From positions 15,104 to 79,103 of the IMG/VR virus record IMGVR_UViG_3300032240_001667: a stretch of DNA of 64,000 nucleotides. One strand, given 5' to 3'. Below are positions 30,501-40,229 of the stretch, one piece after another. Numbering within the stretch: position 1 is the first letter of the stretch; each line of letters starts with the position of its first letter. Origin of the DNA: a virus. The notes beneath the pieces were generated by a model, which saw only the letters and a list, made by a program, of their open reading frames with translations, did not search any database and was not told the DNA's origin. The position numbers were made by a program, and so were the translations under genes.

Positions 30501-33136
30501 CTGCACCAGTTATTTCAAAAGATCAAAAGAATCCACCACAAGACTCTGGAACTAAAAAAGTAGATCAAGCATTAATTGACATAAATAAAAGATTAAGAGA
30601 TGTTCGTAACTCATCTATCCTTGCAACAGAAAGTATGGCAGAATTATCTGCAGCCCTTGCAAAAACTGGAAGCAAAGCAGTGCTTGATCGTTTTGATGGA
30701 TTGTCACAAAGACTACTTAAATTAGGAAAAACACAACAGTTTACAGATTTCCTTACAGGTTTGGACGAAACTGAATTAGCAAAATATGGAAAGCGTGTAG
30801 TTAAAAAGGGTGTAAATCCTCTTAATGATACAAAAGATAAAACTCTTGATGTTGGTGCTTTTGTATTAAATGATAGAGGTAAAAAGTTTGAGGCTGGAAT
30901 TAATCAATCAATTTCTGGAGACTATAACAAAATACAACTTCAATCTTCTATTTCTCAACAACAAGAATTAGTTGCAAGAAAAAAACTTGTTGCACTTGGA
31001 TTCAATCAAAAAGATATTCAAACAATGCTTGCAGATGAAAACTATAGAACTCTTATTGCAACTGGCAAAGTTACCAATGAACAAATTAGACAAAATGCTG
31101 TTTTAACACAACAAAATAGAATAGTTGCATCAATAAACTCTCTTTATCAAAGTCAAGTAGATGCACAAAAAGTTTCGGATAACCAACAAAGAATTCCAGA
31201 AGTTGTTAAAATGTTACAGCAGGCTGGAGTTAATGCAGAAAGTATTAAAGCAGCACTTTCAGATCCACAAATGCTTCAAACTTTAATTGACGGAATGGAT
31301 AATTTTGCTACAGCCTCTGCAGAAGTTAGAGATAACTTTAATAAAACATTAGGATATATTGATCAAATTCCAGATAGAAAACTTGTTGAAATTGTTTATA
31401 CACAATCAGATGCAGAAAAAACCATTAATGGTGCAAATGCTGCTATGCAATTATTTGATGCATATAAAAAAATTGATGAAAACTCATTAAAAAATGCACA
31501 AGGAAATACTTATGCTGGCTTGCAAACTCAAATGGAAAATCTAAATAATCAAGCCAAAATTGCACAAGATGCAATAAATATGACTCAATCAAAAATTGAT
31601 ACAATGCAACAAGAGGTCGATAAGGCTCAGAGAGATATAGAAACTAATTTTACTAGACCAATTGAAGCAAGACAAAGATCAATAGATTTACTAAATCGTC
31701 AAGTTGAAATAAATTATACAAGACCAATTCAGGCTATACAAGATAGATCAACAATTCTTTCTCATGACCTAGAGGTAATGAATCATGCTGCAGATGCAAT
31801 TAATAAAAAATATGACGATCAACAAACAGCCCTTACAAAAATTGCAGAGATTAATAATCAAATTATTCAACAACAGCAACAACAACTTGGTCTTGCCGAT
31901 GCCTTAACAAAGGGAGATATTTCTGCTGCTGCAAAGGCTGCCCAAGACATGAGGGCAACAGGTGCAGCAAATTATGCTCAAAACGCACAAGATGCACTTC
32001 AAAAAGCAAGACAGAATGAAATTGATGCACTACGTGGTGGGATAAGTGGAAAATCAGCAAAAGATATTCAAGAAGAACAATATCAAAATGGATTAAAAAC
32101 CTACGATCTAGAACAACAAAAGGCTGTTGTTGATAAACAAATTCTTGGACTTCAAGATGAAATTTATCAGTTAGAACAGTCTAGACTTGCAGCCCAAGAT
32201 GCTATTCAAATTAAAACAGATGCAATTGCTAAAATTCAATACGGACTCCTTTTAGATCAACAAAATGCATTAAAGGCAATAAATGATTCTATATTGCCAT
32301 TACAACAACAGAGCGATATATTGTTTAATCAAATTTCTATAAATGATCAAAATAGACAAATATCTGGAAAAACAAGAAAAGAATGGGATGATTTATTGGT
32401 TGCAGCAACTGCAACAAAACTACTTGCAGAAGGAGATCTTGCTAGAGCATTAGGTGCAGCAGACTCTGTATCTGGAAGTATAAAGTCAAGTTGGGATAGC
32501 ATATTAGATAGTTATAATAAAATTAAAAGCAAATCAATTGAAATAAAGCAAACAATTATAACTGACTATATAACTGGAACGAAAAAATCTTCTTCTGGAT
32601 CTACCGCTCCAACAGGCAAAGCAAATGAACCCGATGCTGCTGGTTTAACATATGACCCTAACGGAGAAAAAGGTAAAACTGCTGAAGAGTTAAAGAAATT
32701 TGATGATGCTGCAATAGCAAAATATGCAACAGGTGCAGAAGCGGCTGCAGCAGCAGCAAGATTAGCAGAAAAAGCACGACTCGATGCAATCGCAGCCGAT
32801 GCAGCAATGTTCCCTGGAGGAAGAAGAGCAGGATATTCAATGGGCGGACTTGTACCTGCTTATTTTGCAACAGGTGGATACGCAATAGGAACTGATACCG
32901 TTCCAGCAATGCTAACTCCTGGGGAATTTGTAATGAGCAAATATGCTGTAAACCAACATGGTGTTAATACATTAAGAGCAATGAACAACGGCTCTGCATC
33001 AATAGGAGATTCAGTGTATAATTATAACCTTAACATAAATGTTAGGTCTGATTCAAGTCCAGATGAAATTGCACAAACAGTTATGGCACAAATAAAGCAA
33101 GTAGACTCACAAAGACTTAGGGGAAATAGATTATAA
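24524..33136 (+). CDS. Tape measure protein (2870 aa)
   Basis: TP901-type core (LAFFLTAMREGGINASEGANALKS), long helical and coiled-coil regions, hydrophobic segments, GG..DTVPAMLTPGE motifs. Confidence 0.93.
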   Translation: MSDVNANIGIHFDTANALAQLRQLQAGLSKFNQSLTEGNIAAANAQKGINAQLVQSINSTGQFVASQKSIASSTASFTDALEKNKLSMGQYFRYTSAAATLNSNSLQGFFTKEKEILTRASKDRVKALQSQYIQLNNANGEFVKVLQVMPKHLATVNGQYADYATRVQMAAQRQQMLNQLIQQGSTQLLNFGKNTQWAGRQLMVGLTVPLTILGSTAAKTFRDMEQATVDFQRVYGDMFTSNGATDKAVADIRALGKEFTKFGVAATDTMKLAAQVAAMGLTGSALNAQVTAATKLSVLGQVSQQDALNTTISLQNAFGISSDELAKKIDYLNAVENQTILSIQDMTTAIPKAAPVVKQLGGNVEDLAFFLTAMREGGINASEGANALKSSLASIINPSKKATELLSSFGISIKGIVDANAGNLKGTVIGLAKALDTLAPLDRARAIETMFGKFQFARISTLLQNITKSGSQAATALSLAGASTAELAILSQREMSKVENAVGVKFQKSIENIKIQLMPIGKAFLQAVTPVVQFVGKILEKFNNLSDGTKKFVIGTIAVLGGIAPVVLMTVGLIANGAANLMKFFGMLRGSMAKLNGQNSVLGGGFDYLTQAEIENLAQSQALHTSHKELISTFNVEAESLNLLATAYANAASQARSLASGSPGLFNAKPGAAGAVSNLPRTKFANGGVVPGSGNEDTVPAMLTPGEVVLTKDTVNNNSELVSALINGKIKKYSQGPGKKTIDGRQSLAVRAATIQSSLQIPGAEGWNGRIESLVAGVLADGEKATQRIVQFAKDSGRDISASQLTALEEERHKMLDALESGASEILNDKGTEKVKKASASVAKNWLKQKAIAEGVPVEGNTNLFNALLPQGRQSENPQEGHQTLAKIVPLDQVAKDINIVKDAAVKDLNTTVDALKEAGYGKPGGPAMPSTRVVSLTTAAETGSVNRQLAETTPEGQQAYLADYSLKTGKQTSSMAVPYLEDVKTLGPERWKNVTKAMGIKFDTVAQDFKKFDDDYVRNVEDWISKNPGGFFNDSVKEEILSATRANAPKSVQTILNASDQIFVAIRTSLDEVTRKIITDFANKNGLDVPSIAREGDNNHARLGKIEARTVGSAVGSVAGTTPSEIKKNTKAEVEAIISAKKAGAELGSAATDGIRGPSGTDAKSPSKKGINAGKEVGDGLIVGMQEKELEVASQAGKLGKSAIPTMQGDKVDVGNKAFYDEMNNPADREERQVFKSEDRQRRKLATISSSKLSKIVEQHTKDLANSTESSVLTQQEINKNLKESAIATAKAKIADQKLALQKEEAALIPNGSQTGNIPSTYVSNSEAQDIAADIARDKNGQIIMDPQTNSPYTKKQLNEIKRGMRRERVGQFSGKAAGALGVATMVSGAMGAPGQVTAGLGIASTVASLAPALAGMGPVGIAVTSIAAAGAAALYLKNKFDEMVSAQVKYVESVSATTEKMKKIGEITGKVGASELYTKLRAEGSSNAYTSSFERGKQQFGTDFLSSDVGKAINKGFVSDLAVSGSKKAAETLALQLSTYISDGVLSAEQAYSVARQIGLNLGNMTLGTQIQGKITELVGPDGKDILNNPLDVRVRIIQEKQQNNAVTEQSALKSKNTRTWWQYILGLSNQEQAQQFAALNASQSQTLVTIQAQRDAQNKMYDDQVRALEAQKAATTDKAKQLEIDNKIKTARKQQADDDAVFAKKSAEQRKKILKDYNLALKEDNKGREWAEITVNANAVLQASAASVKAKFTGDSAPIANALLAKTKDLKSQAIELQINTMVAGGDLDPTSAIAILDMFGKDEKGMMKTLTTALELHDPGKVQELITLTQSLGGKLGLKILVDLGAEKDPVKFANEMNTLQLLSQLDSKEINIKVFLQKSGNLESLSSLLDKIDQKVGKNGITLKVLQDVQKVDPNMPDLSGLIADWQKYKDQPASIQKSVLLTYTSIYKTIGTDEIAKYRAAHPEMGDASDAEIQGKIAADLVPNKITAPVISKDQKNPPQDSGTKKVDQALIDINKRLRDVRNSSILATESMAELSAALAKTGSKAVLDRFDGLSQRLLKLGKTQQFTDFLTGLDETELAKYGKRVVKKGVNPLNDTKDKTLDVGAFVLNDRGKKFEAGINQSISGDYNKIQLQSSISQQQELVARKKLVALGFNQKDIQTMLADENYRTLIATGKVTNEQIRQNAVLTQQNRIVASINSLYQSQVDAQKVSDNQQRIPEVVKMLQQAGVNAESIKAALSDPQMLQTLIDGMDNFATASAEVRDNFNKTLGYIDQIPDRKLVEIVYTQSDAEKTINGANAAMQLFDAYKKIDENSLKNAQGNTYAGLQTQMENLNNQAKIAQDAINMTQSKIDTMQQEVDKAQRDIETNFTRPIEARQRSIDLLNRQVEINYTRPIQAIQDRSTILSHDLEVMNHAADAINKKYDDQQTALTKIAEINNQIIQQQQQQLGLADALTKGDISAAAKAAQDMRATGAANYAQNAQDALQKARQNEIDALRGGISGKSAKDIQEEQYQNGLKTYDLEQQKAVVDKQILGLQDEIYQLEQSRLAAQDAIQIKTDAIAKIQYGLLLDQQNALKAINDSILPLQQQSDILFNQISINDQNRQISGKTRKEWDDLLVAATATKLLAEGDLARALGAADSVSGSIKSSWDSILDSYNKIKSKSIEIKQTIITDYITGTKKSSSGSTAPTGKANEPDAAGLTYDPNGEKGKTAEELKKFDDAAIAKYATGAEAAAAAARLAEKARLDAIAADAAMFPGGRRAGYSMGGLVPAYFATGGYAIGTDTVPAMLTPGEFVMSKYAVNQHGVNTLRAMNNGSASIGDSVYNYNLNINVRSDSSPDEIAQTVMAQIKQVDSQRLRGNRL

Positions 33137-33795
33137 TGGCATCAGCAACATATATGACAGGAAGAAAAAAATATGGAAGACCTCAAGGTATTTTATTTTC
33201 AAATAATCCTGGCACATTAGTAAATGGTCTATATGTTCCAAATGGTCATGAAATAGGACAAGATCCAGGATCAGAAACAGATGCATCTATGCTAGATCAG
33301 TTTATAATTTTGTCTGATCACAATCGTGGAGAGATAAAAATAGCGGGGCAAAGAATTGAAAAAAGATCAAGAATGATTAATGGAAATATGCGTTCATATC
33401 ATATTGCAGATAAAGACACATATGACATTCAGTGGAATGCCCTTCCATCACGCTCTTTTAGTTCAAACCCACAGTTCAATGCATCAACTGGTAAAAGCAG
33501 CCTCACAGGCCTTTCTGGGCTACCTACAGGGGTTGATTCTGAGTATACTATAGATGGTGGTGCAGGAGCATCAGAACTATTGAACTGGTATGAAAATCAC
33601 AAAGGTTCATTTTGGATGTTTTTGGCATATGATAAATATAAAAATTTTGGTAACTCTGATTCTGCATATGGGCATTTAAATCAGTACAATCAAATTGTTG
33701 AAGTTTATTTTTCAAAATTTGATTATGGTATTACACAAAGAGGACAAACTACATTTGATCTTTGGAATGTTTCCATGACCTTGGAAGAAGTTTAA
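33136..33795 (+). CDS. Distal tail (Dit-like) protein, putative
   Basis: Directly after the tape measure; ends WNVSMTLEEV. Confidence 0.55.
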   Translation: MASATYMTGRKKYGRPQGILFSNNPGTLVNGLYVPNGHEIGQDPGSETDASMLDQFIILSDHNRGEIKIAGQRIEKRSRMINGNMRSYHIADKDTYDIQWNALPSRSFSSNPQFNASTGKSSLTGLSGLPTGVDSEYTIDGGAGASELLNWYENHKGSFWMFLAYDKYKNFGNSDSAYGHLNQYNQIVEVYFSKFDYGITQRGQTTFDLWNVSMTLEEV

Positions 33796-36700
33796 TGTTT
33801 AACAATTTAGAACTTCAACAACATCTTGAAGAATCTCAAACAATTAAAAGTCAGTCTGCAATTATTGCAGAGTGGAATATGAATATTCCTTCCAATATTT
33901 TAAAAATTGGAAATTATCGTTATAGACCAACAGATAAAGATTCAAAATTTTATTTACTTCCAAACTCATTTGATAATGTAGATCTTGGTGGTTATTATAC
34001 TGGTGCAACAGATGCAGACATTGTAATTGATGGAGGATTTGATGATTCAGGACTTCCTACATTATTGACTGCAAACAAAGATAAACTTAAAACATTATAC
34101 TCTTTAGAAGATTGTTTTAAACAGTTTAGACCTAGGTCTGGAATTAATAAAGCAAAATATTTATCTGGATCTTTTTTACATCATGCAAATATGTCAATGG
34201 CAAATAGACCTAGGTATTATATGCCAGACAAAGCAGATATATTTAAATACTGGACTTCTTTTAGAACTGAAAATAATGTTGAGTATGGCATAGCAAACAA
34301 AACAATAAATAGTGAAAAAGTAATTGAAGATGCTGTTCCGTTTGTTGTTTATAATGAAGTTATTCCAACAAATAGAATTGTTATTAAGATGCAAACTCAA
34401 ATTGGAACCGTTGACCTTGGAACATTTTATAATGCCTCAACAACATTTTTAGATCCTTTTTATGGTGATGCAAATAAATCAACACCATCAAAATGGAAGG
34501 TTCAGTGTTTAAAAGGAAATAATTGGGTAGATGCAATATCTTTTACATCACAATCTTTAAAGGCAGATGGTTCTCCATTAATTGGTCCAGATGGATATGT
34601 TGAACTATCTTATGGATTGAAAGTTCCACAAAGATATAAGAGCAATTTTGCATTTGCAGAAAAACTTTCATCATCAAACTTGTTACCAGAAAAAAATATT
34701 GAAGGATATGCTTATTTAATTATTGAAAATCCAAATACAAATGGATTGTTTTATGTTTGGCATAATGGAATTTATGAAACATTTATTCCAGAATATACTT
34801 GGCAAGTAGCAAATGAAGAAACAGATAGGCTAACAAATTTTGTTACAGATTTAACAAACCCAGACTACTATGGTTTATCAATAGATGGGTCTAAAAAATA
34901 CAGAGAGTTTGATTATATTAAGGGAATTAGAGTAGTAGTAGACTCTATGACTAAAACAAATGCAACATTTGATTTAATAGAATTATCTCCAAGACTTTCA
35001 GTTAATTTAACAGATAAAATTGAAAACTTTTCAATTACAAAAAGTGCTTCTGATTTAGGTCAAAGTGGTTTGCCAGTTGGACAATTATTGGCATCAACTG
35101 GAAAAATAAAAATGTTTGACTACGATGATTCTTTTAATGAAAATAATAAACAAAGTATTATTTGTAATTATATAACAAGGCATATTCAATTTAAGTTTTA
35201 TGAAATACTAGTTGATGTAGGTGGTTATGATTATTTTGTACCCATAAAAACACTTTACTCAGATAGTTTTCCATCTATATCTAATTCAGATAAGACAGTA
35301 GAATTAACCTTAAGAGATATGTTCTTTTATTTGGAATCAACCACAGCACCTCAAATTTTATCTACAAACGTTTCTCTTAGTTCTGCAATTTCTTTACTAT
35401 TAGATTATGTTGGTTTTTCTAATTATACATTTAAAAGAATTGCTGGAGAAACTGAAGTTATTATTCCATACTTTTTTGTTCCACCAGATACAAGCGTTGC
35501 AAAAATATTAGAAGATTTAGCAATATCGACACAGACAGCAATGTTCTTTGATGAATATAACAACTTTGTTATGATGACCAAAAATTATATTATGCCATCA
35601 GAAACTGAAAGAGCAACAGACTTTGTATTATACGGAACACAAGAAATTGAAAAAAATGGAATTATAGAAAATTATAAAACAAACAAAAAATTATCAAATA
35701 TAGTTGAATTAACAAATCAAAATTCTCAGGTATATAATGATGGATCAATTAATTATAATACAAGATACATTCAGAGATCTATAGGATCTTTAAGGCAAGC
35801 AAGTTTAATTGATAATGAAAGAACTTGGATTTACAAGCCAGTTCTTTTGTGGGAAGTTTCAGGAACACAAAATACAAAATCAATAAATGAAGAAGTAGGA
35901 AATCAATCTTCTTATGTTTTGGCTGCTATTCCATTAAACTTAGATTTATCTAATGATGTTCCTATTGTTAAAAACAATATTTTAATTAACAATACCATGA
36001 GTTTGGGAGAGGCTGTTTATTGGATAACAAGATATAATGGATATTTTTATGCAAATGGTGAAATTATAAAATTTGATGCAGTTGAATATAATATTTCTGG
36101 AATTGGAAATGTTTGGATATCTAGTGTACAAGAATATCAAAATTATTTTTCAAAATTGCCTTTTAATGGAAAAATTTATCCAACAGGTTCTATAAGAATA
36201 TTTGCAGAACCAAATTATGAAGAAATAGACGGAGTGCTAAAATTAAAAAATGGTCCAGTTGCAAAACATGGAAGAGGACAGTTTGGAACAGATGTTGTAT
36301 ATCATAATTCAGGATTAAATAATTATTGGTCAGACAATGCAAATATTCGTGGTGTAACAATGAAATCAGATATATTATTTAATACAATGTCTGTAGAACT
36401 TCCAACATCCTCAGATGGATTATCTGTGGGTGCTGCTGGACAATCTTCATTTATTGACTTAGGTGTTCCTGCTACAGATAACCCACAAACAAGCAATGTC
36501 ATTGCACAAAAAACTACTAGAAACGGAATTATAAAAAACTTTCTTTCTTCTACATCTTTAGATCAGTCGACATTAAATTCATTAAAGAGTACACAAACGG
36601 GAACAGTTCAATCTTCTGCTTTAGTTATGAATGGTCCATCATTAACAACTTATCCAAAAGCAGCAGATTTTATTTCATATGTTTATAAACCTTTAACAGA

Positions 36701-38126
36701 TAGTTTTAAACATTTTGGAACTAGAATGAGAGTTATTGGCAAAATTGAAAATAATTTAGATAGAGGTCAATCTGCAACGGGTGGAACAACATATTATGTA
36801 GTTCCTGGAACAACACCAGATCAAAACATAAACATCTCTGCTGGAAGTGGTGGTTTAGCGGTAATGCTAAATTCAGAAACCAATAATGGTTATTATTTTG
36901 AAATAGCAGCACTTGGTTCTACAAGTCTTGCAAATACTGCAACTAGTAATGTAAACAATGTTTTCTTTTATAAATTATTAAAAGATAGTAAGGGTAATGC
37001 TGTTCCAGTAAAACTTTGGGAAGGCCTATCAAACATAATTGTAGATGATGGAAACTTCACTGGACAATATAGGGTTGCTGCTGAACAAAATCCAACAGTA
37101 TATGATTTGTCTGTAGAATATGAAAACATAGGAACATTAAGAAGATTTTATTTATATATTAATGAAACATTAGTTAAGATCGTTGATGACACAAATCCAT
37201 TACCAGTTTATAATAATATGGCATTATTTGTTAGAGGCTCTTCAAGAGTAATGTTTGAAAATATTTTTGCACTTACAAATAATTATTCTCAAAATACATC
37301 TTTTGCTTTAGATACACCAGTCAATTCAATATTTGATAATAATGAAATAAATGTTAATGATTCTTTTAGAAAATATGCAATGAGTGGAATTATCCAGGGA
37401 ACATATCTTAGTGGAATATCTTCAGTAGAACCATCTAAATATAAAATATACTTTGATGAGTTTGGAACAATAATGAGAGAAGCGTCATCATTTAACATAA
37501 GGTATGATAAAGCCTATCCAGCGTTGTACGCAAAACTATCTCCAACATTTAATAGATTAAAGGGATACACTGTTTCTGGATTTAGAGCAGGTTCCTATGG
37601 TGCAGAATTTTTAATTTTTAATGCTACGGATACGGCTCTCAGTCTTGATGAAACTACTGGAAACTATTTAAGAATTCAAGGTATTACGTTTACTCAGCAA
37701 TCACCAAATGTTTTGCGTGTAGATGATTACTTTACAAAAAATTCAAATCTATCAGATCCTTTAATAAATAAAGATGTAGTAATACAATCACCAATGAAAA
37801 TTGCAAAAGACTATGAAGATATTAAAATTAGCAGAATGACTTATGGTAAAAAAGACTTTAGTTTAAATGTTCCATATATTCAAACATCAGATGATGCAAA
37901 CGATTTAATGAAATGGATTATATCAAAAATTATGAAACCAAGAAAGTCTTTAGGAATTAAAATTTTTGCTATTCCAACACTGCAACTTGGAGATATAGTA
38001 GAAGTTAAATATACTGAAAACGGTATAGATAAAGCAGGTACCTCTAGGTTTGTTGTATATAATATAGAATATTCAAAAGCCTTAGAAGGTCCAGATATGA
38101 CAATATTTGTAAGTGAGGTAGTGTAA
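33795..38126 (+). CDS. Tail tip/hub protein, putative
   Basis: About 1443 aa from ATG 33795; AMFFDEYNNFV and C-terminal PTLQLGDIVEV hub-like motifs. Confidence 0.6.
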   Translation: MFNNLELQQHLEESQTIKSQSAIIAEWNMNIPSNILKIGNYRYRPTDKDSKFYLLPNSFDNVDLGGYYTGATDADIVIDGGFDDSGLPTLLTANKDKLKTLYSLEDCFKQFRPRSGINKAKYLSGSFLHHANMSMANRPRYYMPDKADIFKYWTSFRTENNVEYGIANKTINSEKVIEDAVPFVVYNEVIPTNRIVIKMQTQIGTVDLGTFYNASTTFLDPFYGDANKSTPSKWKVQCLKGNNWVDAISFTSQSLKADGSPLIGPDGYVELSYGLKVPQRYKSNFAFAEKLSSSNLLPEKNIEGYAYLIIENPNTNGLFYVWHNGIYETFIPEYTWQVANEETDRLTNFVTDLTNPDYYGLSIDGSKKYREFDYIKGIRVVVDSMTKTNATFDLIELSPRLSVNLTDKIENFSITKSASDLGQSGLPVGQLLASTGKIKMFDYDDSFNENNKQSIICNYITRHIQFKFYEILVDVGGYDYFVPIKTLYSDSFPSISNSDKTVELTLRDMFFYLESTTAPQILSTNVSLSSAISLLLDYVGFSNYTFKRIAGETEVIIPYFFVPPDTSVAKILEDLAISTQTAMFFDEYNNFVMMTKNYIMPSETERATDFVLYGTQEIEKNGIIENYKTNKKLSNIVELTNQNSQVYNDGSINYNTRYIQRSIGSLRQASLIDNERTWIYKPVLLWEVSGTQNTKSINEEVGNQSSYVLAAIPLNLDLSNDVPIVKNNILINNTMSLGEAVYWITRYNGYFYANGEIIKFDAVEYNISGIGNVWISSVQEYQNYFSKLPFNGKIYPTGSIRIFAEPNYEEIDGVLKLKNGPVAKHGRGQFGTDVVYHNSGLNNYWSDNANIRGVTMKSDILFNTMSVELPTSSDGLSVGAAGQSSFIDLGVPATDNPQTSNVIAQKTTRNGIIKNFLSSTSLDQSTLNSLKSTQTGTVQSSALVMNGPSLTTYPKAADFISYVYKPLTDSFKHFGTRMRVIGKIENNLDRGQSATGGTTYYVVPGTTPDQNINISAGSGGLAVMLNSETNNGYYFEIAALGSTSLANTATSNVNNVFFYKLLKDSKGNAVPVKLWEGLSNIIVDDGNFTGQYRVAAEQNPTVYDLSVEYENIGTLRRFYLYINETLVKIVDDTNPLPVYNNMALFVRGSSRVMFENIFALTNNYSQNTSFALDTPVNSIFDNNEINVNDSFRKYAMSGIIQGTYLSGISSVEPSKYKIYFDEFGTIMREASSFNIRYDKAYPALYAKLSPTFNRLKGYTVSGFRAGSYGAEFLIFNATDTALSLDETTGNYLRIQGITFTQQSPNVLRVDDYFTKNSNLSDPLINKDVVIQSPMKIAKDYEDIKISRMTYGKKDFSLNVPYIQTSDDANDLMKWIISKIMKPRKSLGIKIFAIPTLQLGDIVEVKYTENGIDKAGTSRFVVYNIEYSKALEGPDMTIFVSEVV

Positions 38127-38623
38127 TGACTGTAGATGCTACAGCAAATCAACCAGCAACTGCTACTGCAAGTACAAGCACTCCAACAGTAAAGATTGCT
38201 ACACCCGATCTATTTATTTTTAAAGACAGTGTTGTTCCAATTGAGGTAATGACAGATTTAATTTTTGAAGATATTGGTGGAGAAGAATTAATAAGTATAT
38301 CAAGAAACGATATTATTTCTGGTCAAACAATTTCGTATCAACCAATTAAAAATATTAGTCGTTTATATCTTCAATATAATCCACAAAATATTTTAAATTT
38401 GCAAGATACATCTGCTACATTCTTTAAAAATTATCCAATTAAATTTGAAAACTGTATACCATCTAAAGGTACTGGTCCAAACGGAGAGATAGTTTATCTT
38501 GACCCAATAACTGGAGATTTGATTATTAATGTTATCAATTTGGCAACTGATGAACAAGTTGATGTTCAAATTTTAACATCTGGATCAATACTTAATGGTA
38601 CAATATATGAGGTGAAAAATTAA
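38126..38623 (+). CDS. Minor tail protein, putative
   Basis: Coupled ORF in the tail module. Confidence 0.5.
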   Translation: MTVDATANQPATATASTSTPTVKIATPDLFIFKDSVVPIEVMTDLIFEDIGGEELISISRNDIISGQTISYQPIKNISRLYLQYNPQNILNLQDTSATFFKNYPIKFENCIPSKGTGPNGEIVYLDPITGDLIINVINLATDEQVDVQILTSGSILNGTIYEVKN

Positions 38624-39786
38624 TGATAACTAATACTGGAAAAAGCATTATTTCAAAATATTTGATAGGTCAGGCTCCAGCCTATGCCTCATATGTTGCT
38701 GTTGGCTGTGGGGTAAACCCATTAAACTTAACAGACACATTTCCTGACTTTTCTGAAAAAACTGCTTTAGATTTTGAAATGTTTCGTGTTCCTATAGTTT
38801 CTCGTGGATTTGTAAATGAAAACGGAATAAATAAAGTTGTATTAACAGCAGAACTGCCAACAGAAGAAAGATATGAAATTACAGAAATTGGAGTATATTC
38901 AGCAGGATCAAACCCATCTGCTGGTGCTTATGACAGTAGAGTGCTTTATGCTTTTACACAAAATGAAAATTGGGAATATCATTCAAAAACTGCAGCATCT
39001 GCAATAAATGCTGTATACACGCCACTAGATGGTTCAAATGAAGATAATATAATTGTTGAACAAGAAAAAGTTTTTCAAACAAATGCAGATAACAGAATTT
39101 TTACAGATAGTGTAAGACTTAATAGAAATGAAAGATGCAGATTTTTAAATAATATAATTGTTTTATCTGGAGATTTGTCAAAAATAAATGTTTTACAAAA
39201 TGAAAAATTAGATGTTGATTTATCTTGGGTGCAACAAGACACTGGAAGATCTTCAGAACATATTCACTTAAACGGTGTTACTGCAGACTTTAACAAGCAG
39301 TCTCCATTAGATGAACTTAAATTGTGTTTTTCTGTTATTAATAAAAATGGTCATGATGGAACAAGGCCAGATAAAATAAGATTAATTTTAGAGTTTGCAA
39401 CTGATGATGCTTATAGTCAAGGACAATCTGCAAGATTTGAAGTAAACCTATCTCATATTGCTGGCGATCCAATTAAAGATTTTACATCAAACAGATACTT
39501 TGTTGTTTCTAAACAACTACAAGAATTAACAAAAACACAAGCATTTTCTTGGGGATCTGCAAATATACTTAAGGTTTATGCGTCAGTAATTGACACAAGC
39601 GGAAATGTTTCTAGCAACTTTTTAGTTTGTCTAGATGCTCTAAGGATTGAAAATACATCTAGTCAAAATCCATTGTATGGACTTACTGGATATTCTGTTA
39701 TTAAAAATACAAATGCTAGACCAATTGTTAAATCTGCAAATACCACCAACTTTATTGAATTTAGGTTTAATGTTGGTGTTTCATAA
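38623..39786 (+). CDS. Minor tail/baseplate protein, putative
   Basis: MITNTGK...YVAVGCG...ITEIGVY resembles fibre/baseplate attachment N-termini. Confidence 0.55.
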   Translation: MITNTGKSIISKYLIGQAPAYASYVAVGCGVNPLNLTDTFPDFSEKTALDFEMFRVPIVSRGFVNENGINKVVLTAELPTEERYEITEIGVYSAGSNPSAGAYDSRVLYAFTQNENWEYHSKTAASAINAVYTPLDGSNEDNIIVEQEKVFQTNADNRIFTDSVRLNRNERCRFLNNIIVLSGDLSKINVLQNEKLDVDLSWVQQDTGRSSEHIHLNGVTADFNKQSPLDELKLCFSVINKNGHDGTRPDKIRLILEFATDDAYSQGQSARFEVNLSHIAGDPIKDFTSNRYFVVSKQLQELTKTQAFSWGSANILKVYASVIDTSGNVSSNFLVCLDALRIENTSSQNPLYGLTGYSVIKNTNARPIVKSANTTNFIEFRFNVGVS

Positions 39787-40223
39787 TGTTAAATAATATA
39801 AAAAAAGTTGTTATTCCTAAAAATCAATTGCCAGCATTTAATGGAGAAGATCAAACATACATTGTTAGATATAGGATTGTATCTGAAGATAAAAATAGAA
39901 CATCTCATTGGTCTCCGCAATATCATCTTGCAGCACCAACATCTCAAACTGTAGAATATGGAATTTCATTAGATCCTACTAAAAAAATAATAACAGTTGT
40001 TTGGACAGCACCCACAAATACTAATAATATTTTTGACATGTATGTTAAATGGGATAATCAGAGTTGGGAATATTTTGGTTCTGTTTCAACAACAATTTTT
40101 GCACTTGTTGCCAAGTCTGGTGCAACATCAGTAAAAGTATCTGCACAAGTTCCAACATTTCCTAAGAAAAAATTTACCAATGCAACAATATTTGAAACAC
40201 CAACAACGAGCCTAGTGGTATAA
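39786..40223 (+). CDS. Minor tail protein, FN3/Ig-like, putative
   Basis: YIVRYRIVSEDKNRTSHWS, VVWTAP. Confidence 0.45.
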   Translation: MLNNIKKVVIPKNQLPAFNGEDQTYIVRYRIVSEDKNRTSHWSPQYHLAAPTSQTVEYGISLDPTKKIITVVWTAPTNTNNIFDMYVKWDNQSWEYFGSVSTTIFALVAKSGATSVKVSAQVPTFPKKKFTNATIFETPTTSLVV

Positions 40224-40229
40224 TAGATT

